From: an uncultured Lachnospiraceae bacterium
Lineage (GTDB): Bacteria; Bacillota; Clostridia; Lachnospirales; Lachnospiraceae
Direction: 5' to 3'
Assembly (NCBI GenBank): GCA_902766845.1
Contig: CACXFD010000028.1
Location: 1 to 28,177, forward strand
DNA: 28,177 nucleotides
Positions within the stretch are counted from its first letter, which is position 1. Each line of letters opens with the position of its first letter. The translations under genes and the position numbers were made by a program. A model generated the notes under the pieces. The model saw only the letters and a list, made by a program, of their open reading frames with translations. It ran no database searches and was not told the DNA's origin. Positions 1 to 8,880 of the stretch are shown piece by piece.

Positions 1-11
1 CCCCGGCCGGC

Positions 12-1052
12 TCACTTCTCCGGCGCCCCGGCCGGCTTCTTCCGGCTCCGCCGCAGCGCGGCAAACAGAGCCTGGCAGGCCGCGGCCAGCACGATATCGA
101 TCGCGGCCGCCGCCAGCATATTCACATACGGCGACATCGACCCGCCGCTTCGGTCCACCAGCGCCTGCTGGACCGGGAAGCCCCACAGGTACATGAAATA
201 GGACAGTTCTCCCGCCGCCCCGAGCCGGGCCGGGATCTGACGGACCCCTCCGAACCAGAGGAACATCAGCGCGTACGGAAGCAGCAGGATCATGCCGATC
301 CGGCCGGCCCCGAGCGCGAACAGCACAGCCGTCCCGGCCGCGGCCGCGCACGCGGCCCATCCGGACAGACGCACCTTTGCGCGGCAGACGTTATACAGAG
401 TCCCCACATAAAAGAGCGCGATCGGTTCCGCGGCCGTGCTCAGGATCGGATATCTCCTTCCCAGCAGGAACAGGGCCGCCACACCGGCCGCCGCGGCCGG
501 CGCGGTCAGCCAGTACTTTTTTTCTTCAAACAAATGCAGCTTGTGCGCCAGAAAGCAGGCACAGAAGCAGGCGAACTCGACCGGAAGGGTCCACAGGGCG
601 CCGTTCACGGTCGGGCCGTAGGCGTTGCGGGCAAAGACGCCGGGCAGCGTATGGACCGGCAGCATCAGCGCGTTCAGCGCGTATCGCCAGGTGCCCGGGT
701 CCGTAAAGAACGACGCCGCAGGCAGCTCGCTGAAGAGCGCGCCCGCCCCGATGCAGACCGCCACCACGAGGGCCAGCGGAGGCAGGAGCCTTTGGAGCCG
801 TTTCCCGAGGAACGACAGCCGGGCCGGATAGCGCCGGACACTGTCGACGGCCAGATATCCTCCGCAGAGGAAAAACAGGTCAACGGCCACCGCGCCGAGC
901 GTCGTCTGGCCCTTCGTCAGGGCAAACAGCCACTCCGTACGGTTATCGCCCCGCGACAGCGCGAACGCGTGCGAGACGATCACGAGGAGCGCGGCCAGAA
1001 AACGGCATAGCTGCAGGTTGTGGCTCTTTCCGGTAAAATCGGATAATCTCAT
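12..1052 (-). CDS. Acyltransferase family 3 (OafA/YrhL-like) membrane O-acyltransferase, no SGNH domain
   Basis: 346 aa, highly hydrophobic. N-terminal 'LCRFLAALLVIVSHAF', 'AVDLFFLCGGYL', RxxR-type 'KRLQRLLPP', 'NGALWTLPVEF' and 'LSYFMYLW' are typical AT3 motifs. Confidence 0.88.
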   Translation of the reverse strand: MRLSDFTGKSHNLQLCRFLAALLVIVSHAFALSRGDNRTEWLFALTKGQTTLGAVAVDLFFLCGGYLAVDSVRRYPARLSFLGKRLQRLLPPLALVVAVCIGAGALFSELPAASFFTDPGTWRYALNALMLPVHTLPGVFARNAYGPTVNGALWTLPVEFACFCACFLAHKLHLFEEKKYWLTAPAAAAGVAALFLLGRRYPILSTAAEPIALFYVGTLYNVCRAKVRLSGWAACAAAAGTAVLFALGAGRIGMILLLPYALMFLWFGGVRQIPARLGAAGELSYFMYLWGFPVQQALVDRSGGSMSPYVNMLAAAAIDIVLAAACQALFAALRRSRKKPAGAPEK

Positions 1053-1071
1053 GCGGCAGCTTTCCCCTCTG

Positions 1072-3012
1072 TCATCGTCCGAACGGCAGGTACATGCACC
1101 GGTATACGGTCCACAGCGTCGCGCACGCGGCCAGCGACAGGACGGCGCCCGTGTACAGGCCCTGCGGGATCTTCAGCTTCGCGCGGTCGGTGAAGAACAG
1201 CACGAAGACAGGCGCGAGCAGCGGCAGGTAATAGCGCGGCTGCACACCGGCGATGACTGATGCGCCGACCGGAGTATACGAGATATACAGCGCAGTCCAG
1301 ATCAGGACCATGCAGCTTCCGCACAGCAGCAGGAACGCGGCGCGCCGGCCCCATGTGAGCTGACCCGCCCGCTCCGGCCGGTCCGTGAGCAGCGTCCCGA
1401 GGATAAAGATCGGGAAGAACCAGCGCAGCGGCGTGGCCTGCAGGTGCCCGAGCTGCCCGTAGATCTGAAAGCTCAGCAGGAAGTTGTACAGGTTTCCGAA
1501 GATCGATCCGAGCAGCAGCTTCGTATAGCCGACCGGATCGGCCAGGATATGCGCGATCTGTCCGCCCGCGTCGGTCTCGCCGCCGCGCGTGTCCGTCATG
1601 GCTTCGGTGTTCATCAGCGTCGGCAGGATGAACGTGCTCATCATGGCCAGGAAAGCCAGCACGACGCAGGTCTTCATGATCCAGAGCTGCGCGCGGCTCC
1701 CGAACTTCCGGTTCGGGATCAGCAGCGCGGTCAGGATCAGCGGCGCGTACACGGCCTTCGTGAGGCACCCCACGGTGAACGCGGCGCCGGCCACCAGAAA
1801 CGCCGACCAGCGGATCTTCTCGTCCGGCGTCAGGATCTCGCGGATCACGATCGCCATCGCGAGAGTCAGGCATCCGATCGCGGTCGCGTCATACGAATAC
1901 GTGGCGGCCAGGAACAGCGGCGTCGGCATCAGGGCCGCGCCGGCCAGCAGGCGCTTGCAGACCGGGATGGCCCGGATCGCGAAATACATCAGCAGGATAT
2001 AGGCCATCAGGTTTCCGAGGCGTCCCAGCCGGAAGCACCAGGAGAACGGCAGGCGCAGCAGCAGGCCGATCTTCAGGAAGACCGCCTCGACCAGGTACCC
2101 GCCCGTATACTGGCCGGCCAGGGTCCGCGGCTGTGTATAGTAGACCGGGCCGTCGGCACCGGTATTCAGCGCGCCGTCGAGCGCGGACTGTTCCTCGGCG
2201 CCGTCAGGCTGGCTGTACGGCCAGTTGAACGTGGCCGGGATGAATTCGTGATAGGTGGTCGCGGAGACCTCCATGTCCCGCGGAAACTGCGCCACACAGT
2301 AGGTCCGGTAAAAATGTGCTTCCTCGTCCCAGCTGACCTTGTTCGTCGGAAGCATGACGATCATCAGGATCCCGAGGATCGCGGCCGCGCAGGCAAACGC
2401 CTGCTCGGTCCGGACCGCGAACCGCTCCCGGAAGATCCACAGCAGGCAGATCAGAAAGACCGCCCCGCCGGTCAGCAGGAGCAGACGCAGGTTGATCTGC
2501 TGCGTATTGGAGACCGCAAGGCTTTTGAGCAGAACCGTCTCGCCGCGGCTCCCGTCCTCCGAAAACGAGAACGACAGCGTGATCCGCTCCGCGCGGCTCT
2601 CGAGGGGCACGTACGAGGTGGCCAGGTACTGCGGCACCGCATCCTCGATCCGCACAAGTCCCGGCACGCCCTGTTCGTTCACGGTATCCGCTTCCACGAC
2701 CGCGTCCATCAGCATCGGATGCTCCGCGGTATAGACCAGTTTATCCACATAGCCGGGCAGGCGGGTCACCGTGATCCGGCTCTCCGGTCCCATAACGATC
2801 CCGTCGGGCGTCACCTCGGCGTTCTCGACCGCGGCCTGCGCCAGCGGCAGTTCGATCACGCCCCGTTCCGCTTCCGGCAGGGACAGCAGGTGACGATTGT
2901 CCCAGACCATGACCGCGCAGGCAGCCGCGACCGCGAGCGCCAGCGCGAGCAGGCACAGGACCCACCGCGGCGTCCGGCTCTTTTTCCGTTTCAGTTTCTT
3001 TTCTTCCGCCAT
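1072..3012 (-). CDS. DUF2142-like polytopic membrane protein (predicted GT-C glycosyltransferase) with an N-terminal extracytoplasmic domain
   Basis: 646 aa. 'WDEEAH' acidic motif follows a TM segment, then many TM helices, 'SYDA' and 'GVQPRYYLPL' near the C-terminus. GGAGG RBS upstream. Confidence 0.75.
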   Translation of the reverse strand: MAEEKKLKRKKSRTPRWVLCLLALALAVAAACAVMVWDNRHLLSLPEAERGVIELPLAQAAVENAEVTPDGIVMGPESRITVTRLPGYVDKLVYTAEHPMLMDAVVEADTVNEQGVPGLVRIEDAVPQYLATSYVPLESRAERITLSFSFSEDGSRGETVLLKSLAVSNTQQINLRLLLLTGGAVFLICLLWIFRERFAVRTEQAFACAAAILGILMIVMLPTNKVSWDEEAHFYRTYCVAQFPRDMEVSATTYHEFIPATFNWPYSQPDGAEEQSALDGALNTGADGPVYYTQPRTLAGQYTGGYLVEAVFLKIGLLLRLPFSWCFRLGRLGNLMAYILLMYFAIRAIPVCKRLLAGAALMPTPLFLAATYSYDATAIGCLTLAMAIVIREILTPDEKIRWSAFLVAGAAFTVGCLTKAVYAPLILTALLIPNRKFGSRAQLWIMKTCVVLAFLAMMSTFILPTLMNTEAMTDTRGGETDAGGQIAHILADPVGYTKLLLGSIFGNLYNFLLSFQIYGQLGHLQATPLRWFFPIFILGTLLTDRPERAGQLTWGRRAAFLLLCGSCMVLIWTALYISYTPVGASVIAGVQPRYYLPLLAPVFVLFFTDRAKLKIPQGLYTGAVLSLAACATLWTVYRCMYLPFGR

Positions 3013-3016
3013 CCGG

Positions 3017-3475
3017 TCAGTCCTCCGCGGTCTCGCCGCTGTGCGGCTCTGTGCCGTCCGGCACGTCGTCTCCGGTGGAAAGGCCGTTCTCCCGGCCCGT
3101 TCCGCTTTGTGCGCCGGCCGCCGCGGGGGCCTCCGTCCGGTCCGCGGTCCCGGTCTTCATCAGCGCGATCTCCTGCGCCATCTGCTTGATCTTCTTCTGG
3201 GTGTTCGACAGCGCTGTGCTGAGCATGAAGACCAGCATGAGCAGGAACAGCATGCCGAGCAGGAACAGCATGTTGCTCGGCGTCGCGATGCCCATCAGGC
3301 GGGCCAGCCACACGGGGATGCCCGGAAAGATATCCAGCAGCAGCAGGATCAGCGCCATGCCGGCCCAGGGCAGCGCAAAGCGGAACTCGATCTTTTCACG
3401 GCGCGTCATCCGGACCAGATGCAGCAGGCCCAGTACGATCAGGCACCCGATGATGATCTGCAGACGGATATTCAT
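3017..3475 (-). CDS. DUF2304-family small membrane protein (GacJ/Rv3632-like) with an acidic low-complexity tail
   Basis: Three hydrophobic segments, 'LARLMGIATPSNMLF' and the coiled-coil-like 'IKQMAQEIALM'. Start overlaps the upstream GT2 stop (ATGA). Confidence 0.8.
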   Translation of the reverse strand: MNIRLQIIIGCLIVLGLLHLVRMTRREKIEFRFALPWAGMALILLLLDIFPGIPVWLARLMGIATPSNMLFLLGMLFLLMLVFMLSTALSNTQKKIKQMAQEIALMKTGTADRTEAPAAAGAQSGTGRENGLSTGDDVPDGTEPHSGETAED

Positions 3476-4191
3476 ACGCTCTCCTTTTTGCGCAGCGGCA
3501 GTTTATGGGCCAGCAGCACCGCTGCTGAGACTTTGATCATATAATACCCGCCCTTCAAAAGCGAGATCGAAGAGACGCCGCCCTGGCGCTCCCGCATCTG
3601 CACCGGCATCTCGCGCACGGACGCGCCGCTGCGCAGGATGCTGGTCACGCTCTCGGGCTCGGGATAATCCTTCGGATAGTCGTCGGCAAAGCATTCGATC
3701 AGGCGCCGGCCCGCCATCCGCATGCCCGACGTCGGGTCGGTCACGGTATGGCCGGTGCGCAGCCGGATCAGGGCCGTGAAATAACGAATCCCAAACTGGC
3801 GCAGAGCCGAAGACTGGAAGCCTTCGTGCGTGATGAAGCGGGAGCCGATCATCATGTCCAGGCCCTCTTCCTCCATCCGCTGCGCCATCTCCTCGAGATA
3901 CCGCGCCTCGTGCTGACCGTCCCCGTCGAACTGGACCGCCAGCTCATAGCCATGCTCCTTCGCGTACCGGTAGCCGGTCTGCACGGCCCCGCCGATACCG
4001 AGGTTGACCGGCAGGTCCAGCATCGGGAAGCCGTTTTGCCGGCAGATCGTGCGCGTACGGTCCGTCGAACAGTCGTTGACCACGATGTAATCGAACGACG
4101 GCGCGTTCTCCCGCACGTCCGCCACGGTCCGTACGATGCTCTCCTCTTCATTGTAAGCCGGAATGATGACCAGCCGTTTCTTCTCGCTCAT
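3472..4191 (-). CDS. GT2 glycosyltransferase, DPM1/GacI/PpgS-like polyprenyl-phosphate sugar synthase
   Basis: 'IIPAYNEE', 'VVNDCSTD', 'NLGIGGAVQTG', 'QFDGDGQH', 'IGSRF', 'DPTSGMR', 'REMPVQMRERQGGVSS'. Start set at MSEKK (4191); alternative ATG at 4230. The ORF-track start at 4326 overlaps the upstream gene. Confidence 0.85.
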   Translation of the reverse strand: MSEKKRLVIIPAYNEEESIVRTVADVRENAPSFDYIVVNDCSTDRTRTICRQNGFPMLDLPVNLGIGGAVQTGYRYAKEHGYELAVQFDGDGQHEARYLEEMAQRMEEEGLDMMIGSRFITHEGFQSSALRQFGIRYFTALIRLRTGHTVTDPTSGMRMAGRRLIECFADDYPKDYPEPESVTSILRSGASVREMPVQMRERQGGVSSISLLKGGYYMIKVSAAVLLAHKLPLRKKESV

Positions 4192-4244
4192 GAAACCGTT
4201 CGCCGGACCGATCCGGCGCCTTTCTGTCATTCTGGCCGCGTCCG

Positions 4245-5093
4245 TCAGGCATTCTTCCCGCTCGGATGCAGGGCCTGCTTGATCTTCATGTAATAGTGGA
4301 TGATGCGGCTGCGGACGCGGCGCCACAGCACGCTCACCTCGGTAAAGAGGCGGCCGTAGCCGAGCACCGGCGCGTGCTTTTCCACGAGGCGGCGGTGTTC
4401 CGCCACGTAGACCCGGCCGCGCGTGCCGCTCCCCATGACCTGGTCCGTGTTGCTGTCCGCACGCACGCGAAAGCCGTTCAGCAGCTCATGGAGGATGTAG
4501 ACGTCGCCCTCCTCGGCGAGCCGCATCCAGAACTCGAAATCGAGGATGTACGTAAAGCTCTCGTCGAAGCCGCCCAGCCGTTCGGCGTCCGTCCGGCGAA
4601 ACATCGTATCGCAGGGGGCCCCGAAAAAGTTGTTGACCATGGCCGATATCTTCGCGAGGCGCCGGCCGCTCATGCGGCCGCGCACCGGGTAGCGCCGGAA
4701 GGCCCCGATCCGCACGTCGTCGCCGTTGATCAGCGCGGTATCGCTCATGACCAGCGTCACGTCCGGAAACTGCGACAGGCACGCGGCCTCCTTGCGCACG
4801 CTGCCCGGATAGAGCAGGTCGTCCGCGCACAGGAGCTTCACATACTCGCCGCGCGCGGCGCGGATGGCCTGGTTCCAGTTTCCGCCCATGCCCGCGTTCA
4901 CGTCGTGCGGGATCAGGCGGATCCGATCGTCTCCGATGGCCGCGACCACGTCCCGGGTCCGGTCCGTGGAAGCATCGTCGGAGACCACGACCTCGAGCGG
5001 CTCATAATCCTGCGCGAGCACGGACCGCACGGTCCGTTCGATCGTGGCTTCGTTGTTATAGGTGGGGATGCAGATGCTGACCAGGGGATTCAT
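4245..5093 (-). CDS. GT2 family glycosyltransferase
   Basis: 'VSICIPTYN', 'VVSDDASTD', 'LLCADDLL', 'LDFEFWMRL': GT-A fold motifs. Confidence 0.88.
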   Translation of the reverse strand: MNPLVSICIPTYNNEATIERTVRSVLAQDYEPLEVVVSDDASTDRTRDVVAAIGDDRIRLIPHDVNAGMGGNWNQAIRAARGEYVKLLCADDLLYPGSVRKEAACLSQFPDVTLVMSDTALINGDDVRIGAFRRYPVRGRMSGRRLAKISAMVNNFFGAPCDTMFRRTDAERLGGFDESFTYILDFEFWMRLAEEGDVYILHELLNGFRVRADSNTDQVMGSGTRGRVYVAEHRRLVEKHAPVLGYGRLFTEVSVLWRRVRSRIIHYYMKIKQALHPSGKNA

Positions 5094-5114
5094 ACGATGC
5101 TCCCGTTCTGTAGA

Positions 5115-6128
5115 TTATTCGTTCTTCTCCCACCACGCCGGTGTGCCGGTGAAGGTCAGGACCAGCAGGCGCGGGAGGCGGCGGTAGTGCCGGCCGAGCC
5201 GGTATCCGATGTATTTCCAGCCGCTCTGCCAGATGAAGCGCACGGCCTGGGCCGGATGCACCGACCGCAGCAGCTGGCCGGTGACGCGGCGCACATAGGC
5301 GATCCCTTCCCCTTCCGAGGGGACGCCCTCGAAGACCTCGGGGTGCATCGCCTGCGAGACGCCCAGGTCAAAGCTCCGTTTGAACTGCTGCTTCGCGGTA
5401 TAGCGGTGCGAATGATAGACGCAGGCCTGCGCCGCGTAGGCCACGGCGTATCCGGCCTTCTGTGCGCGCGCCGCAAAGACCATGTCCTCGTTGAAGACCA
5501 TCGGCTCCGGGAAACCGCCGAGGGCCTCCCAGACGCTGCGCCGGTAAGCCGCACAGACGTTGGAGCAGAAATAGGTCCGGATCCCGAGCTCCGGCAGGTC
5601 CGCCTCGGTCTGCAGCCGGCCTTCCTTCGGATAATTGAATGCGCGGCTCAGCTGCTCGGCGATGTCCGCGCGCTTCTTCGGGAGCTGGCGCGCGTAAGCC
5701 GCGGCGATCAGCGGCGTGCCGCCTGCGCGGACCTCGTCCGCCTGCCCGGCATCCGCCTCCGGGGCCGCGCCGTCCGGCCGGCCGTTTTCCGGATACAGCG
5801 CTTCCAGCAGCCGGGCGAACGTATCCGACCCGGACGGCAGCGCGTCCTGCGTCATGCAGATCACGGTCTCGCTGTTTCCGAGGCGCACGCCCGCATTGCG
5901 GGTCCCGCCGTGATCGAAGTCCGCGGGCTCCAGGAACTGCAGGCTCAGCGGGATGCCCTTTTCCGCCAGGATCCCGCGGACCTCCTCTTCCTGATCGAAC
6001 GAGTCGCCGGTGATCATCAGGATCACGCGCGCGACCTCCACGCCCCGCTGGCGGCAGACGCGGCGGATCAGGATCGGGAAGGCGCCGTCCGGCGCGCAGA
6101 CAGGGATCACCAGGTCCGCGCGCCTCAT
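5115..6128 (-). CDS. GT2 family glycosyltransferase, rhamnosyltransferase (RfbN-like) type
   Basis: 'DFDHGGTRN', 'MTQDA', 'AYARQLP', 'FCSNVCAAYRR', 'FNEDM', 'VYHSH'. Start overlaps the glf stop (ATGA). Confidence 0.8.
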   Translation of the reverse strand: MRRADLVIPVCAPDGAFPILIRRVCRQRGVEVARVILMITGDSFDQEEEVRGILAEKGIPLSLQFLEPADFDHGGTRNAGVRLGNSETVICMTQDALPSGSDTFARLLEALYPENGRPDGAAPEADAGQADEVRAGGTPLIAAAYARQLPKKRADIAEQLSRAFNYPKEGRLQTEADLPELGIRTYFCSNVCAAYRRSVWEALGGFPEPMVFNEDMVFAARAQKAGYAVAYAAQACVYHSHRYTAKQQFKRSFDLGVSQAMHPEVFEGVPSEGEGIAYVRRVTGQLLRSVHPAQAVRFIWQSGWKYIGYRLGRHYRRLPRLLVLTFTGTPAWWEKNE

Positions 6129-7231
6129 GCGAAGTGCTCCTCATAGGCGTCCAGCGCGCGCCGGACCACCTTGTCCATATCGTAATAGCTGTATTCGCCG
6201 AGACGTCCGCCGAAGAGCACGCGCGGCTCCTCGAGCGCGAGCGCCCGGTAGCGCTGGTACAGCGCGCTGTTCGCGTCGTCGTTGACCGGATAGTACGGCT
6301 CCATGCCCTCGGCGTATTCCGCGGGATATTCGCGCGTGATCACGGTCTTCTCCTGCTGCCCGAACGCGAAATGCTTGTGCTCGATGATCCGCGTGTACGG
6401 GATCTCGCGCTCGGTATAGTTCACGACGGCCACGCCCTGGTAGTTGTCCGTATCCAGCACCTCGGTCTCGAAGCGCAGGCTCCGGTATGCCAGCCAGCCG
6501 AGCTTCCCGCCGTAATACTGGTCGATGGGGCCCGTGTAGACGATCCGGTCCGCCAGCGCGTTAAAACCGGCCTTGTCCTCCAGGTAATCGGTATTCGTGC
6601 GGATCTCGCAGCCCTCGTAGAGCTTTTCGATCAGCGCGTTGTAGCCGTCCTCGGGAATGCCCTGGTGACGGTCGTTGAAGTAGTTGTTATCATACGTGAA
6701 GCGCACCGGCAGCCGGCGGATGATGAAGGCCGGCAGGTCTTTGCAGGAGCGGCCCCACTGCTTTTCGGTATAGCCGCGGACCAGCTTCTCGTAGACGTCG
6801 CGGCCCACCAGCGAGATGGCCTGCTCTTCCAGGTTTTGAGGCTCGCCGGTGATCTCCCGCCGCTGCTCCTCGATGACGGCCCGCGCCTCTTCGGGCGTGC
6901 GGATGTTCCAGAGCGTGCGGAACGTGTTCATGTTGAACGGGAGGTTGTACATCTCTCCCTTGTAGTTCGCGACCGGGCTGTTGGTGAACCGGTTGAACGG
7001 CACGAGGCCCGTCACGAAGCGCCAGACCTCTTCATCCGACGTGTGGAAGATGTGCGCGCCGTAGCGGTGCACCTGGATGCCTTCGATCTCCTCGCAGTAG
7101 AGGTTCCCGCCAATCTGCGGACGCTTTTCGATCACGAGGACGCTCTTTCCGTCCCGGCGCGCGCAGTGCGCGATCACGCCGTTATACAGGCCCGCGCCGA
7201 CCAGCAGCAGGTCATACTTCCGTTCGCTCAT
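6125..7231 (-). CDS. glf: UDP-galactopyranose mutase
   Basis: 368 aa. FAD-binding 'VGAGL', 'HRYGAHIFHT', 'YTEKQWG', 'RIIEHKHF', 'EPYYPVND', 'GGRLGEYSYYDMD'. Confidence 0.97.
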   Translation of the reverse strand: MSERKYDLLLVGAGLYNGVIAHCARRDGKSVLVIEKRPQIGGNLYCEEIEGIQVHRYGAHIFHTSDEEVWRFVTGLVPFNRFTNSPVANYKGEMYNLPFNMNTFRTLWNIRTPEEARAVIEEQRREITGEPQNLEEQAISLVGRDVYEKLVRGYTEKQWGRSCKDLPAFIIRRLPVRFTYDNNYFNDRHQGIPEDGYNALIEKLYEGCEIRTNTDYLEDKAGFNALADRIVYTGPIDQYYGGKLGWLAYRSLRFETEVLDTDNYQGVAVVNYTEREIPYTRIIEHKHFAFGQQEKTVITREYPAEYAEGMEPYYPVNDDANSALYQRYRALALEEPRVLFGGRLGEYSYYDMDKVVRRALDAYEEHFA

Positions 7232-8594
7232 ATGAATCTCCTTTCTTCCGCTCGCGGCTCACGTACAGCCACAGCAGGAACGTAATTCCGTAATAGAACC
7301 AGGTCGTCGGATTGGAAAACCAGGTCGTGAAAAAGCTCAGGATCAGGTACATCGCGGTCTGCGCGAACAGGAGCCGGACCGCCGGATCCGCACCGTGCCG
7401 GACCCGCAGCGTCTGCAGCAGGGCGCAGGCCGCTCCGAGCGCAGCCGCAAAAGCCGCCACGCCGATGACGCCGAAATCGTAATAGGCGTCATAGATCAGC
7501 GTCAGGGTGGTCAGTTCCCACTTGGTGGTATAGAGAGGGAGCGCGGCCCATTCCGGATGCGAGAACTTCAGCCCCGTGACCGCGATGACCGGAAACAGCT
7601 GGCGCAGTCCGTGCGCATGGGCCGGCAGGTCCCGGACCAGCACATGGAAGTTCTCGTAATTGTTTGCGATATACATATACGGCTGCGTCACGTAGATCGG
7701 CGTAGCCGCATCCTTCATCTCAAAGATCCCGTTCAGGTACGTTACGTCGTGGTGGCGCGCAAAGGTCAGGGCCACGTAGATCGCTGCCAGGACTACGGCG
7801 CCGGCGGCCAGCCGGCCGGCCCGCACGCGCCGTCCCGCGAGCAGGAGGCACAGAAGCGCAAGGCCCGCGGAAAAGACCAGCTGGAAGCGCGAAACACACA
7901 GGATCGGCAGGGCAAAGGCCGCGGCCATGACCGCGGTCTGTTCCAGCGCGGTCCGGCGCGTCAGGGCCTTGCGGCGGGCCGTTTCCGCCAGGTACTGGAC
8001 CGCCAGCGGCGGGACCAGCACGCAGCTGACCGTGAAATAATGGATCCCGGTCAGATGAAAATAGGAATAGGCATGCGGTTCGGGCGAAAACAGCGGGATG
8101 AACCGCAGGGTGACCGCCTCCGTCACAAACGCGGTCCAGGCCGCCAGGAGCAGGACCAGCTCCGCGATCCGGAGGCGGCGAAGTTTGGCGTCATCGGATG
8201 AGACGGCCGGGCGGTCCGATTCCGTCTTCCCGCCATTTCTCTCCGCGCGTCCGCGCAGCCGGCGTTCCGACAGCGCACAGACGGCCGCGTAGACAGCCGC
8301 AAAGCACAGCCAGGCCAGATACAGCGAGAGCCAGGTCACGGCGTCCCACGGCTCCGAGAGCCGGGACAGCTTCAGACAGGCCACGGCCTGCCCGCCCAGC
8401 CAGAACAGGCTGTAGAGGCCGGCCGGGTCCAGCAGGTCCCACTCGCCGCGGCCGCGATGCATGAAGCCCGCGGCGCCGGCCACGGCCGCGGCGGCCATCA
8501 AAAGGGCCGCGGCCCCGGTCTGCCCGTGCACAGAAAAAGCAGCAGCGCTGCCGTAACAGACCGATACGAGGGCGCAGACTGCCGCTTTTTTCAT
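7212..8594 (-). CDS. Wzy-like oligosaccharide-repeat polymerase (polytopic membrane protein)
   Basis: 460 aa with about 11-12 hydrophobic segments, a large loop ('YMYIANNYENF...TNLTT'-like 'WELTTLTLIYDAYYDFG') and 'FFTTWFSNPTTW'. Sits in a glycan locus and overlaps the glf start by 20 bp. Confidence 0.65.
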   Translation of the reverse strand: MKKAAVCALVSVCYGSAAAFSVHGQTGAAALLMAAAAVAGAAGFMHRGRGEWDLLDPAGLYSLFWLGGQAVACLKLSRLSEPWDAVTWLSLYLAWLCFAAVYAAVCALSERRLRGRAERNGGKTESDRPAVSSDDAKLRRLRIAELVLLLAAWTAFVTEAVTLRFIPLFSPEPHAYSYFHLTGIHYFTVSCVLVPPLAVQYLAETARRKALTRRTALEQTAVMAAAFALPILCVSRFQLVFSAGLALLCLLLAGRRVRAGRLAAGAVVLAAIYVALTFARHHDVTYLNGIFEMKDAATPIYVTQPYMYIANNYENFHVLVRDLPAHAHGLRQLFPVIAVTGLKFSHPEWAALPLYTTKWELTTLTLIYDAYYDFGVIGVAAFAAALGAACALLQTLRVRHGADPAVRLLFAQTAMYLILSFFTTWFSNPTTWFYYGITFLLWLYVSRERKKGDSYERTEV

Positions 8595-8595
8595 G

Positions 8596-8868
8596 TCAGA
8601 TCTCTTCTCCCAGACCGCTCTCGATCAGTGACACGATGGTCTCCAGCGCCTGTTCCTCATTTTTTCCCTTGCAGGTGAATTCGAGTTCGTCCCCGCACGA
8701 GACGCACGCGCCGAGCACGCTGAGCACGCTCTTGGCGTTCCCGCTGACGTTCCCGAACCGGAACGTGATCGCGCAGCCTTCGAATTTCACGGCCGCGTTG
8801 CAGAGCACCCCGGCCGGCCGCAGGTGCAGCCCGCTCGGATTGATGACTTTGACTTTCTTTGATACCAT
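8596..8868 (-). CDS. HPr-family phosphocarrier protein
   Basis: 90 aa. 'GLHLRP' with His at position 15; 'NAKSVLSV' contains the Ser46-equivalent (Ser47). Confidence 0.92.
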   Translation of the reverse strand: MVSKKVKVINPSGLHLRPAGVLCNAAVKFEGCAITFRFGNVSGNAKSVLSVLGACVSCGDELEFTCKGKNEEQALETIVSLIESGLGEEI

Positions 8869-8880
8869 GGCTTGTTTCCT

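Noticed and set aside
1-37. 12-bp direct repeat ccccggccggct at 1-12 and 26-37 around the acyltransferase stop (possible att site or target duplication)
   Set aside because: It is short and almost all G/C in a genome full of CCGGCCGG motifs. There is no integrase or transposase, and the window edge prevents further evaluation.
12-8594. Absence of a flippase and an initiating phosphoglycosyltransferase as a sign of a novel export route
   Set aside because: The locus reaches the left edge of the window, so those genes may lie just outside.
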